A stretch of DNA of 64,000 nucleotides from Azolla caroliniana (Eukaryota > Plantae > Polypodiophyta), in assembly GCA_043228905.1 (NCBI GenBank), contig JBHGNT010000005.1:11408001-11472000 (forward strand), written 5' to 3'. Numbering within the stretch: position 1 is the first letter of the stretch; each line of letters starts with the position of its first letter. Shown piece by piece: positions 36,431 to 48,684 of this stretch. The notes under the pieces are model-generated. The model had not been told where the DNA came from. It worked only from the letters and a program-made list of their open reading frames with translations, and did not search any database. The position numbers and the translations under genes are program-made.

Positions 36431-37930
36431 CCGTAAAGAGTACTGACGAGGACTCAGCTTGGCAGGCATTACAAGAATGCCAAATCGTGTTACCATTGGG
36501 GCGCCTACTACAATTAGTCCCCTGGTTCACTAAAGGGCTCAAAACAACATTCACCGCACCAAATCCGGAGCCAGCACCGACATTCTTCTCCAATCTAGAG
36601 GAAGGACCGGTAGTGGTGGACATAAGCAAGCCGACCATCACAGTGATTGTTAAAGGCAAAGCGATCACTGGAACCATTATTGACGGTGGTTCGGGGTGAA
36701 CGTCATCAGCAAGAGGACATGTGACACCTTGCAAATCCGAGATTAGGAACCATGTCCATTTTGGCTAAGAATGGTGGATACAAGTTCGGTCCGACCAACC
36801 GGACTCATCCGGGACTTGGACATCACAATCGGAAGACACGCGTTCTGAATATCGGCAGTAGTATTACAACTTAATGTGCAAGGGGCCTATCCCCTGTTGC
36901 TAGGAAGAGCATGGTTGCGGACGGCGCACATAAAACAAAACTGGAAAAAGAATGTAATCACCTTTCGACAGGGAAAGACCAAAGTACGCATACCGACATA
37001 GCCATGAGTAGGAACCAGTAAGGAAATAACCCCCCTATATGCGGAGAGCATCAACATGTTAGATGGATTAGTTGACGAAGAAGTCGACCGTTACTTGGAA
37101 GACCACCCGAAGATTGTGCCATTATTTGAGGTAGACATAACCGAAGCTGTCATACCATATGTGACGAACCCGGGAAAGAAATTGGACGAGCCGGATCAAG
37201 AAGAGATCTGGGAGTTATGACAAGCACAAGAATCATTGGAAAGGGAAATGACTATATCCCAAAGAGTAAAAGCATCCCAGCTCGCAGAAGTGGACCTTGG
37301 AACCGACGACAAACCCAGACCGGTGAACGTAGCCAAAGAAATGCCACGGGATGAAAAGAAGACGATGGTCGAATTACTCACAAATTTCCGAGACGTGTTC
37401 ACCTGGTCCTACGAGGATATGCGAGGATTGGATCCCCAACTTTATCAACATCATATCCACCTCAGCACGGACGCCAAACCGGTGGCACAACGTTGTTACC
37501 GAATGAATCCCAATTATGCGGCGAAGGTCAAGGAGGAAATCGACAAGTTGCTGAGAGTCGCTTTCATATGGCCAGTAAATCAAGCAACATGGTTGAGCCC
37601 GATTGTGGTAGTACCTAAGGAAAATGGTAAAATTCGGGTATGCGTGGACTACCAGAAGCTGAATGTGGCAACAGTAATGGATGCGTTCCCACTACCGTTC
37701 ACGAATGGCGTGCTAGATGCGGTGGTTGGGCATGAAGTATATAGTTTTTTAGACGGATTTAGCGGCTATAACAAGATTCTAATGCACCCAACAGATCAAG
37801 AGAAAACGGCTTTTGTCACCGAATGGGGGGTGTTTGTGGCAATGGTAATGATGTTCGGGCTAAAAACGGCAACAACAACTTTTCAAGGAATCATCATGGA
37901 AATATTCGGGGAGTATATCCTAGCATTCAT

Positions 37931-38187
37931 GTAGGCCTTTTTAGATGATTTTGCGGTGTATAGTCGACAGGACGAACACTTGGATCACCTCCGGTTATGC
38001 TTGGAGAAATGGCGGCAATACCGACTGAGCTTGAATTTGGCAAAGTGCGTGTTCGAAGTAGGCCTTTTTAGATGATTTTGCGGTGTATAGTCGACAGGAC
38101 GAACACTTGGATCACCTCCGGTTATGCTTGGAGAAATGGCGGGAATACCGACTGAGCTTGAATTTGGCAAAGTGCGTGTTCGAAGTA
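37931..38187 (+). repeat. 127-bp tandem duplication spanning the RT FLDD motif of gypsy E
   Basis: GTAGGCCTTTTTAGATGAT... occurs at 37931 and 38058, with GTA microhomology. Confidence 0.9.
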
Positions 38188-40744
38188 ACAACTGGCAACC
38201 TGCTAGGCCACATTGTGAGTAAGGAGGGAATTGCGGTGGACCCCGACAAGGTGAGGGCAATCCTGGAAGCACCCGCACCAAATAACGCAAAAGCCCTGAG
38301 TCGGTTATTGGGAAAAATCCGGTGGCATAGCTTAATGATAGGGCACTTGGCTGACTTCGCGACACCACCACATGCAGCAGTGCACTAATTGCCCTTTCAA
38401 TGGGCGGAGCCGAAGGAAAAGGCCTATCAAGCATTAAAGGTAATGTTGTCACAAGCCTCGGTGTGCAACCTCCCGACTAGATGAAGAGTTTCCATGTGTT
38501 TGTCGACACATCCGACATAGCAATTGGCAGTGTCCTTATGCAACTCACCGAACCGAAGTGGTACCGGCCGGTGTACTATGCAAGCCGGAAGCTCTCGAAG
38601 GCCGAATGCAACTACTCCACAATGGAAAGGGAGGCTCTCAAAATGGTGTATAGCGTAACCAAGTGCTAGGGCGGAAATTTTCATTTCACGTGAACCACTC
38701 AACACTGATTTACTTGGTGTCTAAGGCGTCGCTAACCGGGAAAATAGCAAGATGGACACTATTGTTGCAAGAATTTGAGTTTGACATCTACCACCGACCT
38801 GGGGTACAACATGCAGTAGCCGATTACTTGAACCGGCTGGAATCCGACGAAGCGGGGGACGGAGATTGAGACAAGTTCCCCGATGCCGAGCTATTCAGGG
38901 TAACAGCCGAACTAGCAACCAACTCAACAATTGCCGAGGAGGACAAGTGGCTTACAGACATGCATCAGGTCCTAAGCACCAAATTACCTCCTGACAAAAT
39001 GATCAGGATGAATAGAAGAGATTAGTTGTCCGAAGCCGTCACTTTTGCCTCATCCAGGATATCCTATATCACAAAGGGGCGGACAGAATCTGGTGGTGTG
39101 CGGTGTGAAGCGACGAAAAAGACACGATTTTAAGAGAAGCCCACTACGGGATAGCTAGAGGCCACTATGCCGGTGACATGACAGCCCACAAGATATGGCA
39201 AAGCGGGTTATGGTGGCCGACAACCTTAAAAGACACCATCAAGTATGGTAAGGAATGTGACCTCTGCCAACGACTAGGCCAACCAACAGAGCAGGCCCGA
39301 ATACCCCATCACCCAGTATTACCATTAGAACCATTCCAGAAATGGGGACTAGACTTTGTCGAACCATTCAAACCACTGGTGATGAGGACTAGTAACAGAT
39401 ATATTATCGTGGTCACCGGCTACTGTACAAAATGGGTGGAAGCAAAGGCACTCAGGGATAATACGGCGGCATCAACAGCAAAGTATAAGCAAAGTTTCCA
39501 TACGAGTTTATATGGTGCCGGTATGGCTATCTGATTGAACTAATAAGCGATCGAGGACACTTCCTGGGCCAAGTTGTGGAAAGCCTCAGGACGTTTTATG
39601 CGGTAGTTCAAAAACGCAGTACCCCGTACTACCCATAGGCAAACGGACTGGCTGAATCCACAAACAAGACACTGCAGAATATACTCCAGAAAATCGTCAA
39701 CAAAAACCAAACGGATTGGGACACAAAGTTGTAGAGTGCGTTATGGGCGTACAAGACAAGCATACACACAACCCCGTTCCAATTAGCATTCGGATTGGAA
39801 GCTGTCATGCCAATCGAGTTTCAGATTCCAAGTTTACAAATCCAAGTCAAAGAGCGCCTGAGTGATAAGGAGTCAGAGAAGATCCGGTTGGCAACGTTGT
39901 GTGAACTAGAGGAGCATCGGATAACTAGCTAGAGCTAGAGCACCGATGGAAAGCCTTTGTGGACAAGCCTCGACGTGGCAACAAGAAGGAGTTCGGCGTC
40001 GGAAAACCGGTCTTAGTTTTCCAGAACCGGATGGGCAACATGCCGGGGAAGTTACGGTTTCGGTGGACCGGCCCATTCTGGATAACAAGGGAGTTTAATG
40101 GGTCCTACCAACTAGGCACGTTAGCCGGAGAACTTCTAAGCAAATGGGTCAATGGATTCTGACTGAAGCCGTACAAAGGACAGATGCCGGAAAATCCGTT
40201 TAAAGACGAAGAGAACCCACAAAATACCGGAAACCGGACAAAAGGCGGGACGACGCCGTCAGAAAGCGGGGAGGCACCAGAGGCAACCGATTTGGTGGAA
40301 CCGGGCACCATTGACAAGTAAGGTCATCAAAGTTTACAGAAAAAAAATAAAAAAAGAAGAAGAAAAATAGTAAGAAAAGAAATTAAGGCGAGAAGAGGAC
40401 GGTCATCATGCAGAAAGGTGGAGGAAGCAAAAGGTGGGACAACTATTATTCGAGCAAAAGATATTATTGTGATTTAATGAACAGACACCAGTGAAAACGT
40501 GGAGGTGGCTATTTAAAGCACAGGACCAGGGTACACATACTAATTATGGTCCAGAGCATGCATGCGCGGGAACCGAGAATTGGTGGTTCAAGAAGATGGG
40601 TGTAAAAAATCAAAGGCCAAATGAGGGAATGTCCTTTAGAGAACTTCGATTGTGGTGAGCACAAAAACGCGCACGAACCCTTAGACACGCAGAGCACGGC
40701 CCCCTCTCACAGAAGCACACCGACAGTGACGAAGAAGACTCAGG

Positions 40745-43206
40745 TCCCTTGGCGCTCTCCAATGTAGCACGCGAATGGTTCACAAAGAATGGACTCAAGG
40801 GATTCCTTCAAATAGCAGATGCACCACTGCATGAAGAACCGGAACAGGTCGCACCAACTATCGACCTTGCAGAAATAATGGAGGGCACAATCCAGGCCCT
40901 CACAAGATTACAAGCGAGGGGACTCCGATCGGTGGAGAACCCATCCACCGAGACATTGATCGAGTATTTCGACGAGTATTCCCTCAGCAGCAAGGCGTAC
41001 CGAACGCAAGGGGGAGAAGACCCTCTATTCCGGGAGGTGTCCCAACTAGCCAGACACAAGATGCGGAGGATAAAGCTCCAGCGGGAAAGAAGATAATCAA
41101 AATCAAACTGCGCCGGCAAGACCAAGAACCGAAGGACTTTATACACAAAATCCGCTTGGAGACCACAAAAGAGGAGGCTGAGGAGGAACCAGTCGAAACC
41201 TTGGAACAACACGCAAAGAAGTGGGGTCGACAACAGCGTGCGGAAGAATAGGCTCCAACTGTGGTGGTGGAAACCCAGGAAAGAGAGGAACCGGGGAGCG
41301 GACAGATCGAAGCACCAGCCAGCCAACTAGAACCAAGCAGGGAACAAGTCCTTTCACCAGGTCTGAGTCCTAGGCAACTAGAACAACAACCGGAGCTGCC
41401 ACTGAACAAGGACGCACAAAGCACCAATGGATGGGGGAGAGCATGGGCTAGATTAGGGCACATGCCAACAATGGCTAAGATGGTTGGGAGAGCAAGTCTC
41501 CGGCATGGCGGACTAACTAGACGAGGAACAAAGGCAGGGGGGACATCTCATGCGCACAACGACCGAAGAACTAGAGAAGATCAAAGCCCAGATACGGGGC
41601 ATGGAAGAAGAGTTAACAACATGGGCCAACAAACAAGTGTCGACACAGAGCTAGTCGTGTGGACTAGGAAGCAGAAGGCAACCCCAGAACCGGCGGTGGA
41701 TGTAGTCTCGAAAACCGGCACAGAGTCCACCCAAGAACTAAGGGCCTTAAGAGAGGTATTGGCGGCTCAAGAGGCATTAAGAGGAAAAGAAAGGGAACAG
41801 AAAAAATGGCTTAGGAAGAACGACGGAGAGTCAAAGAGAACCTCCGAAAGAGCCACACCAACAATGACCGGCTAAAGGAAGAAAGGGAAAAGTTGTTGCA
41901 GGAGAAGGATAAGCTGCGTCGACAAGCTTAAATAGAAATCGAACGGTTGAAAGAGGGGCTCCGACAGCAGAAAGACAGGGACAACCGGCTGCGTTCCCAA
42001 GTAAATCGACGCCTCAAGCAAAAGACCGAAGATTTTGATAAACTGTACCGGGAGCACAAGAAAACAGAGGCAGATTATAAGAGGCGGGGAGCAGAATTCA
42101 ATCGGCAACAAGATAGATTGAAGGAGCTGTTGAAGGAGGCATGGGTAGACCTGGCACAGAAAATGGACGAGCTTGAGAAGAAAACGGAAGCTTTGGTGGC
42201 GGAGAAGACAAAGGCGGTAGAAACGGCGAAGCTATTAGAGGAAGAGGCAAAGGAAAAGTTGGAGCTCAACAAGCAGCGGTTTGAGGAGGCGGAAAGGGCG
42301 AAGCTAGTGCTAAACAAACTCCAAACGATGTATCAGTACCAAGTGATTGGGTATGAAAGCCAAGCCGCAGTTGATGCTGCAATCATAGTGAGGCTGAAAA
42401 GTGAGAAATAGGAGGCCGAAGAACACGCCAAGCTCAATGTGGATAGAATCCAGCACATAATGTCAACATGGATGGACCAGACCCAGACAAGCATCAATGA
42501 TTGTTCGGAGAAAGTGTGGAAGGAGTGATCGCAGCAAGCGGCGGAACTATAGACACTCCGGGCCGATGTTGAGAAGCGGAGGAAGGCCGGTGACAAATTC
42601 TACAAGATGGATGAAGAAAGCATCATCACCATAAGGGAAGAACTATCAGAAGTCTTCTTTTCCTTAGCCGAAGAGCATCTGGGAGCAGTCCGGGGTCTTG
42701 TGGAAAGGTTGGATGACGACCAGCTCGACACTTAACTGCAATTGGAGAAGTATGAGCAGGAGCGTCAGTAGCAGGAAGCCGTGGAACGAACATCGCCCAT
42801 CACCATAAGTGATAAAGAGCAACTGGCAGAAGGGGCCACAAAGGACACAGACGGACCACCACAAACAACAACCGGTGAAGAGCTGACGGTCGCAACTGAA
42901 GGAGAGACAATCGCCGAAATGGAGCAGCCCCCAAAGGAAGTCGGGGAAACAATAGAAGCAACTGAACCAGCAGAGCACCCAGTTGATACCGGTGATAGAA
43001 GAGATCCCTACGCCGAAGCAGAGCAACAAGAACCGGAGGAGAGCGAAGCTAGAGAACCGGTACAACAGAAGCCAACGAGAGTTGAAGAACTGGAGCAACC
43101 ACTCCAACCTAGCGCGGATAAAGTGGCAGGGACAGAGAAGCAGTAGAACGACGTACTACTCGACCCTTTGGAGCAAAGTCTGTTGAATATTTTGGTCGAA
43201 GAGTAA
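40745..43206 (+). pseudogene. Gypsy E ORF2 (decayed)
   Basis: LSNVAREWFTKNGLKGFL...YRTQGGEDPLFREV; coiled-coil fragments homologous to C ORF2. Confidence 0.85.
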
Positions 43207-43216
43207 GGCAATTTTT

Positions 43217-43258
43217 CTGAGCTCGAAGTGCAAGGCACTTTCCCACGGGCGTGCCATG
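43217..43258 (+). other. tRNA 3'-half-like structured element in place of the PPT (gypsy E)
   Basis: CTGAGCTCGA-agtgcaaggcact-TTCCCACGGGCGTGCCA-TG|LTR. Confidence 0.78.
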
Positions 43259-43395
43259 TGTTGGCCGGTTAAGGGCCCAAAGGACAAGTGGGAAAACGGC
43301 GAGTCGGAGAAATGTATATATTTAGAATTAAACAGAATTAATATTCGGAGGGACAGATCCGGTATAGTTGTGGCTAGTCTGGCCAGGGATCAACA

Positions 43396-43866
43396 GTCGA
43401 ACTTCAGTATGTTCCAACGGATCGGCAGAACGCCGACATCTTCACCAAGCCCCTTGGTCTAGACAAGTTGCAGCAATTCTCGAGTGTGCTTGGGTTGTGG
43501 CACCTCGATGTGCCGAACTTGAGGGGGAGAAAAGTCCCGCATGACCACAGAGAGGAGCAGGAAAGGAGTGGAAGTGACTGCGACACCAAATCGGATGACG
43601 AATTCGATTTAGTGTCGGATGAAGAAGCCAAAGGCGGATCCGCGGAAGAGTTCGGCAGTGGACGAGAAGGCAACAGCCGAAAGAAAGAGTCGAAGCAAGC
43701 CAAGCATGGGGGAGATGAAGCCAACAAGGGCGAGAAGGCCAAGATTGAGGACGAATTAGAGACAGCCAATTCAGACAAAAGCGGAGACGAATCGGAGGCA
43801 GCCGATTCGGCTCGGATGTTTGATTCAGGAATATATTTGGGAGTTAGTGTAGGAGCTCAATTATGA
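43396..43866 (+). pseudogene. Copia A RNase H end plus an acidic C-terminal extension
   Basis: VELQYVPTDRQNADIFTKPLG...NLRGRKVP... Confidence 0.8.
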
Positions 43867-44096
43867 GCATTGAAGTATGTGTCAGTACTTCAGTCCGTCC
43901 GTATGGACTTGTATAAAAGTGCTCTCTGAGCACATTCTATGTACAAATTTTACACATTATTCGAATTTAGTTTTTTCTGTGTGTTAAATCCCTCTTTGTC
44001 TCTCCCCCGTACATTGTGTCTTAAGCTCTCCATTAAACTTGTTTTTCTCTATTGGTATTCTGTGTTTCGTATAGCTTCCGCACGTAAAATTTTACA
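43820..44096 (+). repeat. Copia A 3' LTR (left boundary uncertain)
   Basis: 43899-44096 matches 569-766 and ends TTTACA. Confidence 0.75.
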
Positions 44097-44477
44097 GTTA
44101 AGAATGTTGCCTATCACTGTTGCCTATCACTCTCGTACAAAGCACATTCAAAGATGGTATCATTGGTTGCGAGAGAGAGTCGAAGAAAATGAGTTTTTCT
44201 TAGCAAAGATCCATACTAACGAAAATGGATCAAACATGCTTACTAAAATCTTATCTATGGAGAAACTCATTGTGTGTTGGCAAAGGATTGGTTTGGTTAA
44301 CTCTCCCCCTACAGGAGTGAAGGGGGAGTTTGGTATGTAAGATTGTCCCTCCTTATGGGGAAGTCGGCCGAAAAGCAGAAACGAGACTCGGCTAGCCAAA
44401 ATCGGCCGAAAAGCTGAAAACGTGTCGAAAAGCCAAAAATGTGACTCGACCAAATGGAAGTTCTGACGAATGGACGA

Positions 44478-44541
<64 letters not shown>
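44478..44541. repeat. (TA)n(TG)n microsatellite inside the copia H LTR
   Basis: Direct inspection. Confidence 0.9.
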
Positions 44542-44542
<1 letters not shown>

Positions 44543-45084
44543 AGTTACGTTAGTATATATAGACAGTGGTATTAGCTGTGCATGCATGTGGGAGAACAAA
44601 TAGAGAGAAAAATAGTGAGAGAAGCGTGAGAGTGAACTCTGAGTAAGTGAGTGCGAGAGAGTAAAACGCGACGCAAGGAAGAGCGATAGAGAGCTAACAT
44701 AGTAGTGGCTATGTGATACCTCTGTAGCTGAGTTTGAAGAGGAAGTTAACGAAGAAGAAGAGTGAAACAAAGGAGAAAGAGAGATAGAACAGAGAAGCTC
44801 TAAAAGCTTCAAAGAGATAGATACCAATGAGTTAGGGTTTGGTGCACTTAGCTGAAATTGTGGTTTCAGATAACAACCTGGGAGTACATCCATACCTAAT
44901 CATGTTCTATCATTCTATGCTTGTATTTTTCTTGACTCATAGTGGAAATCTTTGTTCCCCATGGTTTTTCCCTGAAATCAGGGTTTTCCACGTAAATTGT
45001 GGGTTACTTGCTTTATTCTGTTTGTGTCTTAGTACAACTGTGGCTTACGTCTGAGTGTAAAATCTATTAGTGATTGACAAAAAT

Positions 45085-45250
45085 TCTGATTAGGGTTGAT
45101 TTCATATTAGTGTTTCTGATTTCCTTAAGTGGTTGATTTCTGATTAGAGTTTCTTATTAAGGTTTCTGATTTCCTTAAGTGGTTGATTTCTGATTAGGGT
45201 TTCTTATTAGGGTTTCCTATTAAGGTTTCTGATTTCCTTAAGCAGTTGAT
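45085..45250. repeat. Degenerate ~50-bp tandem repeat (TTTCTGATTTCCTTAAGTGGTTGATTTCTGATTAG...) in the copia H LTR
   Basis: About 3 copies visible. Confidence 0.7.
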
Positions 45251-46446
45251 TTTTTATTAGAAATATGGCAAACAGGACCCAAAACATCGCTACAAGTTGA
45301 CAATTTGTGTTGTTGGTGCAAAGGGTGTAGCCAGATGTGATTCGTGTATTTTCTTAATATTAGACCTATATTTTAGAAACGAATACACATGTGGGAATAA
45401 TATAAAAACATGGCCTAAATTTATTCAACTCCCCTTCTAACATTATCCTCATCCTCAAATTAAGCGAGAATAGGCAAGCATGAGCATGTGTGTGTGGTTT
45501 GTGTAATTTAGTCCTCTCCAAGGTCTAATATCAATTTAGAGTAGGGGAGGGTGAGAATCACTCCCATTTTACATTGCAATTGGGAGACAAAGAATGAATG
45601 AAAGAAAGAGGTGGAATTATAAGAACAAAGGAGTAATCCCACGGAGTTGAGGTGCATGAATTAGAAGGTACATTGGATCAAAATGAAGGCAACTTGAACA
45701 ATCATAAAATGTAAAGATTGTTGAGAAAACAATGGGCAAGCATGCGAATGTGAATTTATAGCAAAAATTAACATGAAAAAGTAGTGCCGAGTGTGAATAT
45801 AGGACACATGGCGGTAAGCTTTTTGGTCTTTAATATGAAACACATGTGGGTAAAACTTTTTCAGTTTTCACACATAATATTGGGGAACATTGGGATGGCA
45901 ATATTGCACCATGTATATTTATGTGGATCAAAACATAGTTACAAAAGGATGGGAAAGCTACCAGATTTACTTCTACTGTGCAAGACATATTACCAAAGTA
46001 GTAGTACTACGCCACCAACCTTGCGAGCCTACACATTTGTTTTTGTGAGTGAGGCTCACGAGCTACATGCTTCATCATTCCTTCTAAGAATGTGCACCAT
46101 ATTACACACCATCACTAAATTTACATTATTACAGCTACTTGTTTTACTACTACCACCACTACTACTATTATTACTACCACCACATCTTTATACTACTGCA
46201 TATATGTACATAATTCATTATACACACCCACAAACTACCACTTTATTATTGCATATATAAATTGCATATGTATATCCTTCTATATGGAGCACACTCCCTC
46301 TCTCTAATTGGTTTTCTACTTAGTAGTGTGCAATGTAATCAATGGGATTCATTTATTTCTCTTCCTATTGTGCAAATGTGCACATTATGAATTCAGCATG
46401 GGTATTTTAGTTGAGTTCTCTCGGCAATAGTTTTTTCTAATACATA

Positions 46447-48684
46447 ATGATCATCATCCTTGGCTCTCAGCCATTTTTCTTGCTAATTATTGTAATACTC
46501 AGTAATGTAGTATCTTTCATTAACCATAGCGAGGTAGAATCAACTATAACTAGCCCACCTAATCCACGTTCTCGACAGCTCCATATCACTAATCCATGGA
46601 TTGTCCAGGTAAAATCATTATCATTCCTAAAAAATCTTAATCGTTCTTGACCAAGAATACTTTAAATCGTTAGTTAATCTTAAACCTATGATATGTCTTA
46701 AGTTTTTGCAGCAATTCTGACTGTGAATGCCTAATCATGTCCTTATATCCTTTTTCTTGTCCATCTAATAATTATTACTTCCATGTAAAAGATAATTATT
46801 ACTTCCTTGTAAAAGAAGGTAAGAATGGGGACAACTTTTGGACCCCAATGTACTTATTAAAAGAGATAGCAGTCAGTTCAACATTTACCCAGCTTGTCGA
46901 CTTTTGATCTTCAAACAAATGGTGAGCGTAGAAACTCAGTCGTATGGTGACAAACCACCAAACCTGATTCGGGAGCATCTTGTTGTTGTCCCATTCTCAA
47001 ATGTATGGAGAGGCCCCATAATTACCTTATTTGACGACGATTCTGATCGTATAAATACTAGATTTTAATTTAGATGGAAACAAGCCCTAGTTTGGATATC
47101 ACAGCAGCTCCACTTCTGAGAAGAAATGGTGATATCATCAGGGAAGTGCAATCTTGATGGGCAATGGAGTGAGTGAGTGCCATAGAACCATTAACTTCCT
47201 TCCATTTCACTAAATTCGTGCATGTTTACCAACATATGCTTATAGATGCTTCATTTAAAGCACCTGCAATGAGTGATTAGGTAACTGAGCATTTGTGACA
47301 TGGACATGCGCTACTGGAAACCCCAATCTTCAAAACGCCCAAGGGCCACAGAAATCATAACGTTTTACGTAGCAGTGTGAGGGGACTTGCTCATCAAAGT
47401 TGTTAATGGTAAAATATCAGTAAAGAGATATATGTATGCTTTCCTTTGAGTCGTAAATCTTCTGTCTTCGTTATACGTTATACGTTTGTGTCAGTCAGAC
47501 TGTTTAAGTCATTCATAAATTACCCATCTACTCGACCCTTCTATGCCTCTGCATTTTGTGTTCATTTCTCTAGTAACTCTCTCTCCCTCTCCCTCTCTCT
47601 CTGTTTGCTTTGATCTCTAGTAAATTCCCACATCAAAGACCCAATTTTGTTATGCACGCTCTCCTTTAACCCTTTGTCATTTATGGCGACATTACAAAAT
47701 CTGCAAACAAATTTTCTCACAAAGTTCCAGAAGTTTTAATGTCTCAAAGGTAGTATGGTTTTTGAATCATGACAGGGCCATGATCGACAAAGACCTTCGC
47801 ATATGGCAAGATTATCCGAGTTCCAGTGCAACCATAATCCAACTATATGCAAATCAAAGTGGGTGTTTGGAGATGCAGGGGCATGTTGTGCCGGTGGTGT
47901 GTGCAAAAACACTTGGCACGATTCAAAAAACTGTGGCGGCTGTGGCAAGCTATGCCCCGACACCTGTTGTCGAGGCCACTGTGTGAACCTCAACGTGGAT
48001 GCTCACAATTGCGGCTCATGCGCACATTCTTGTGGGCCCGGGAGCACTTGTGAGCTCGGCATGTGCGGCTACGATAGTCCCGATGATGATAAGTGCGGTG
48101 TTTGCCTTCCCTCCACGACATGTTGCATCGAAAGTCATGAGTGTGCCAATCTTGATGAGGATGTCACCAATTGTGGACAATGTGGCAATCGGTGCTTGGA
48201 TGGCCAAAGTTGCGTTCTTGGCACGTGCAAGGCACAATGCGGTATTTGCTTGTCAACTGAGACATGTTGTGATGATGGCAACTGTGTGAACCTCGACGAA
48301 GATGCCAATAATTGTGGTTCATGCGGGAATCAATGCTCGGAACAAGAAAGTTGCATTCTTGGCACATGCGAGACACAATGCGGTATTTGCTTGCCAACTG
48401 AGACATGTTGTGATAATGGTAAGTGTGTGATCCTCGACGATGATGCCAATAATTGTGGTTCATGTGGGCATCAATGCTCGGAACGAGAAAGTTGCATTCT
48501 TGGCACATGCCAGGTGCAATGCAGTATATGCTTACCAACAGAGACATGTTGTGATGATGGCAATTGTGTCAACCTTAAGGATGATGCCAACAATTGTGGT
48601 TCATGTGGGAATCAATGTTCGAAACAAGAAAGTTGTAGGCATGGAATATGCGAGATACTAAATGATGAGATACTTGCTTATTGA
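46447..48684 (+). CDS. Secreted STIG1-family cysteine-rich protein with four extra Cys-rich repeats; predicted exons 46447-46608 and 47776-48684
   Basis: Exon 1 has a hydrophobic signal peptide and a CAG|GTAAAA donor (phase 0). The acceptor GACAG|GGC is in frame with the ORF at 47803. STIG1 pattern CC..C.....D..NCG.CG..C...CC.G.CV....D..NCG.C...C.....C..G.C.Y. Confidence 0.82.
48090..48655 (+). repeat. Four ~141-bp (47-aa) coding repeats
   Basis: CGICLxTETCCDDGNCVNLxxDANNCGSCGNQCS...SCILGTC. Confidence 0.9.

Larger units (their letters stand above)
29684..40320 (+). pseudogene. Gypsy E gag-pol (many stops; interrupted at 30490-34729 and 35913-36430)
   Basis: Fragments align with C gag-pol (DDPNTEAHV, CTTCLNPGH, IIDGGSG, YSFLDGFSG, WGLDFV). 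Confidence 0.88.
29236..43395 (+). mobile_element. Gypsy E: older relative of C, hosts chromovirus F and a solo LTR
   Basis: 5' LTR 29236-29635. 3' LTR 43259-43395 is internally deleted. TSD GTCAA/GTCGA. Degenerate PBS TGGGGACCATG at 29642. Decayed gag-pol and ORF2 are homologous to C. Confidence 0.9.
569..44096 (+). mobile_element. Copia A: degenerate Ty1/copia LTR retrotransposon acting as host of the nest
   Basis: 569-766 matches 43899-44096 (LTRs). PBS TGGTATCAGAGC at 767. Gag, PR, IN, RT and RH fragments reassemble in copia order across the insertions. Confidence 0.9.
44097..45294 (+). mobile_element. Copia H (outermost host): RNase H end, PPT and 3' LTR (~44331-45294, right end approximate)
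   Basis: YHSRTKHIQRWYHWLRE...NMLTK, PPT GAAGGGGGAG at 44319-44328, and LTR motif GGTTTTTCCC...GGTTTTCCACGTAAA as in B. Confidence 0.75.

Noticed and set aside
45085-45250. Interstitial telomeric repeats
   Set aside because: TTAGGG occurs only as isolated words within a longer LTR repeat unit.
45784-46260. 158-aa ORF upstream of the STIG1-like gene
   Set aside because: Low-complexity (CTA/CCA repeats), non-ATG start and no recognisable domain; probably promoter region.
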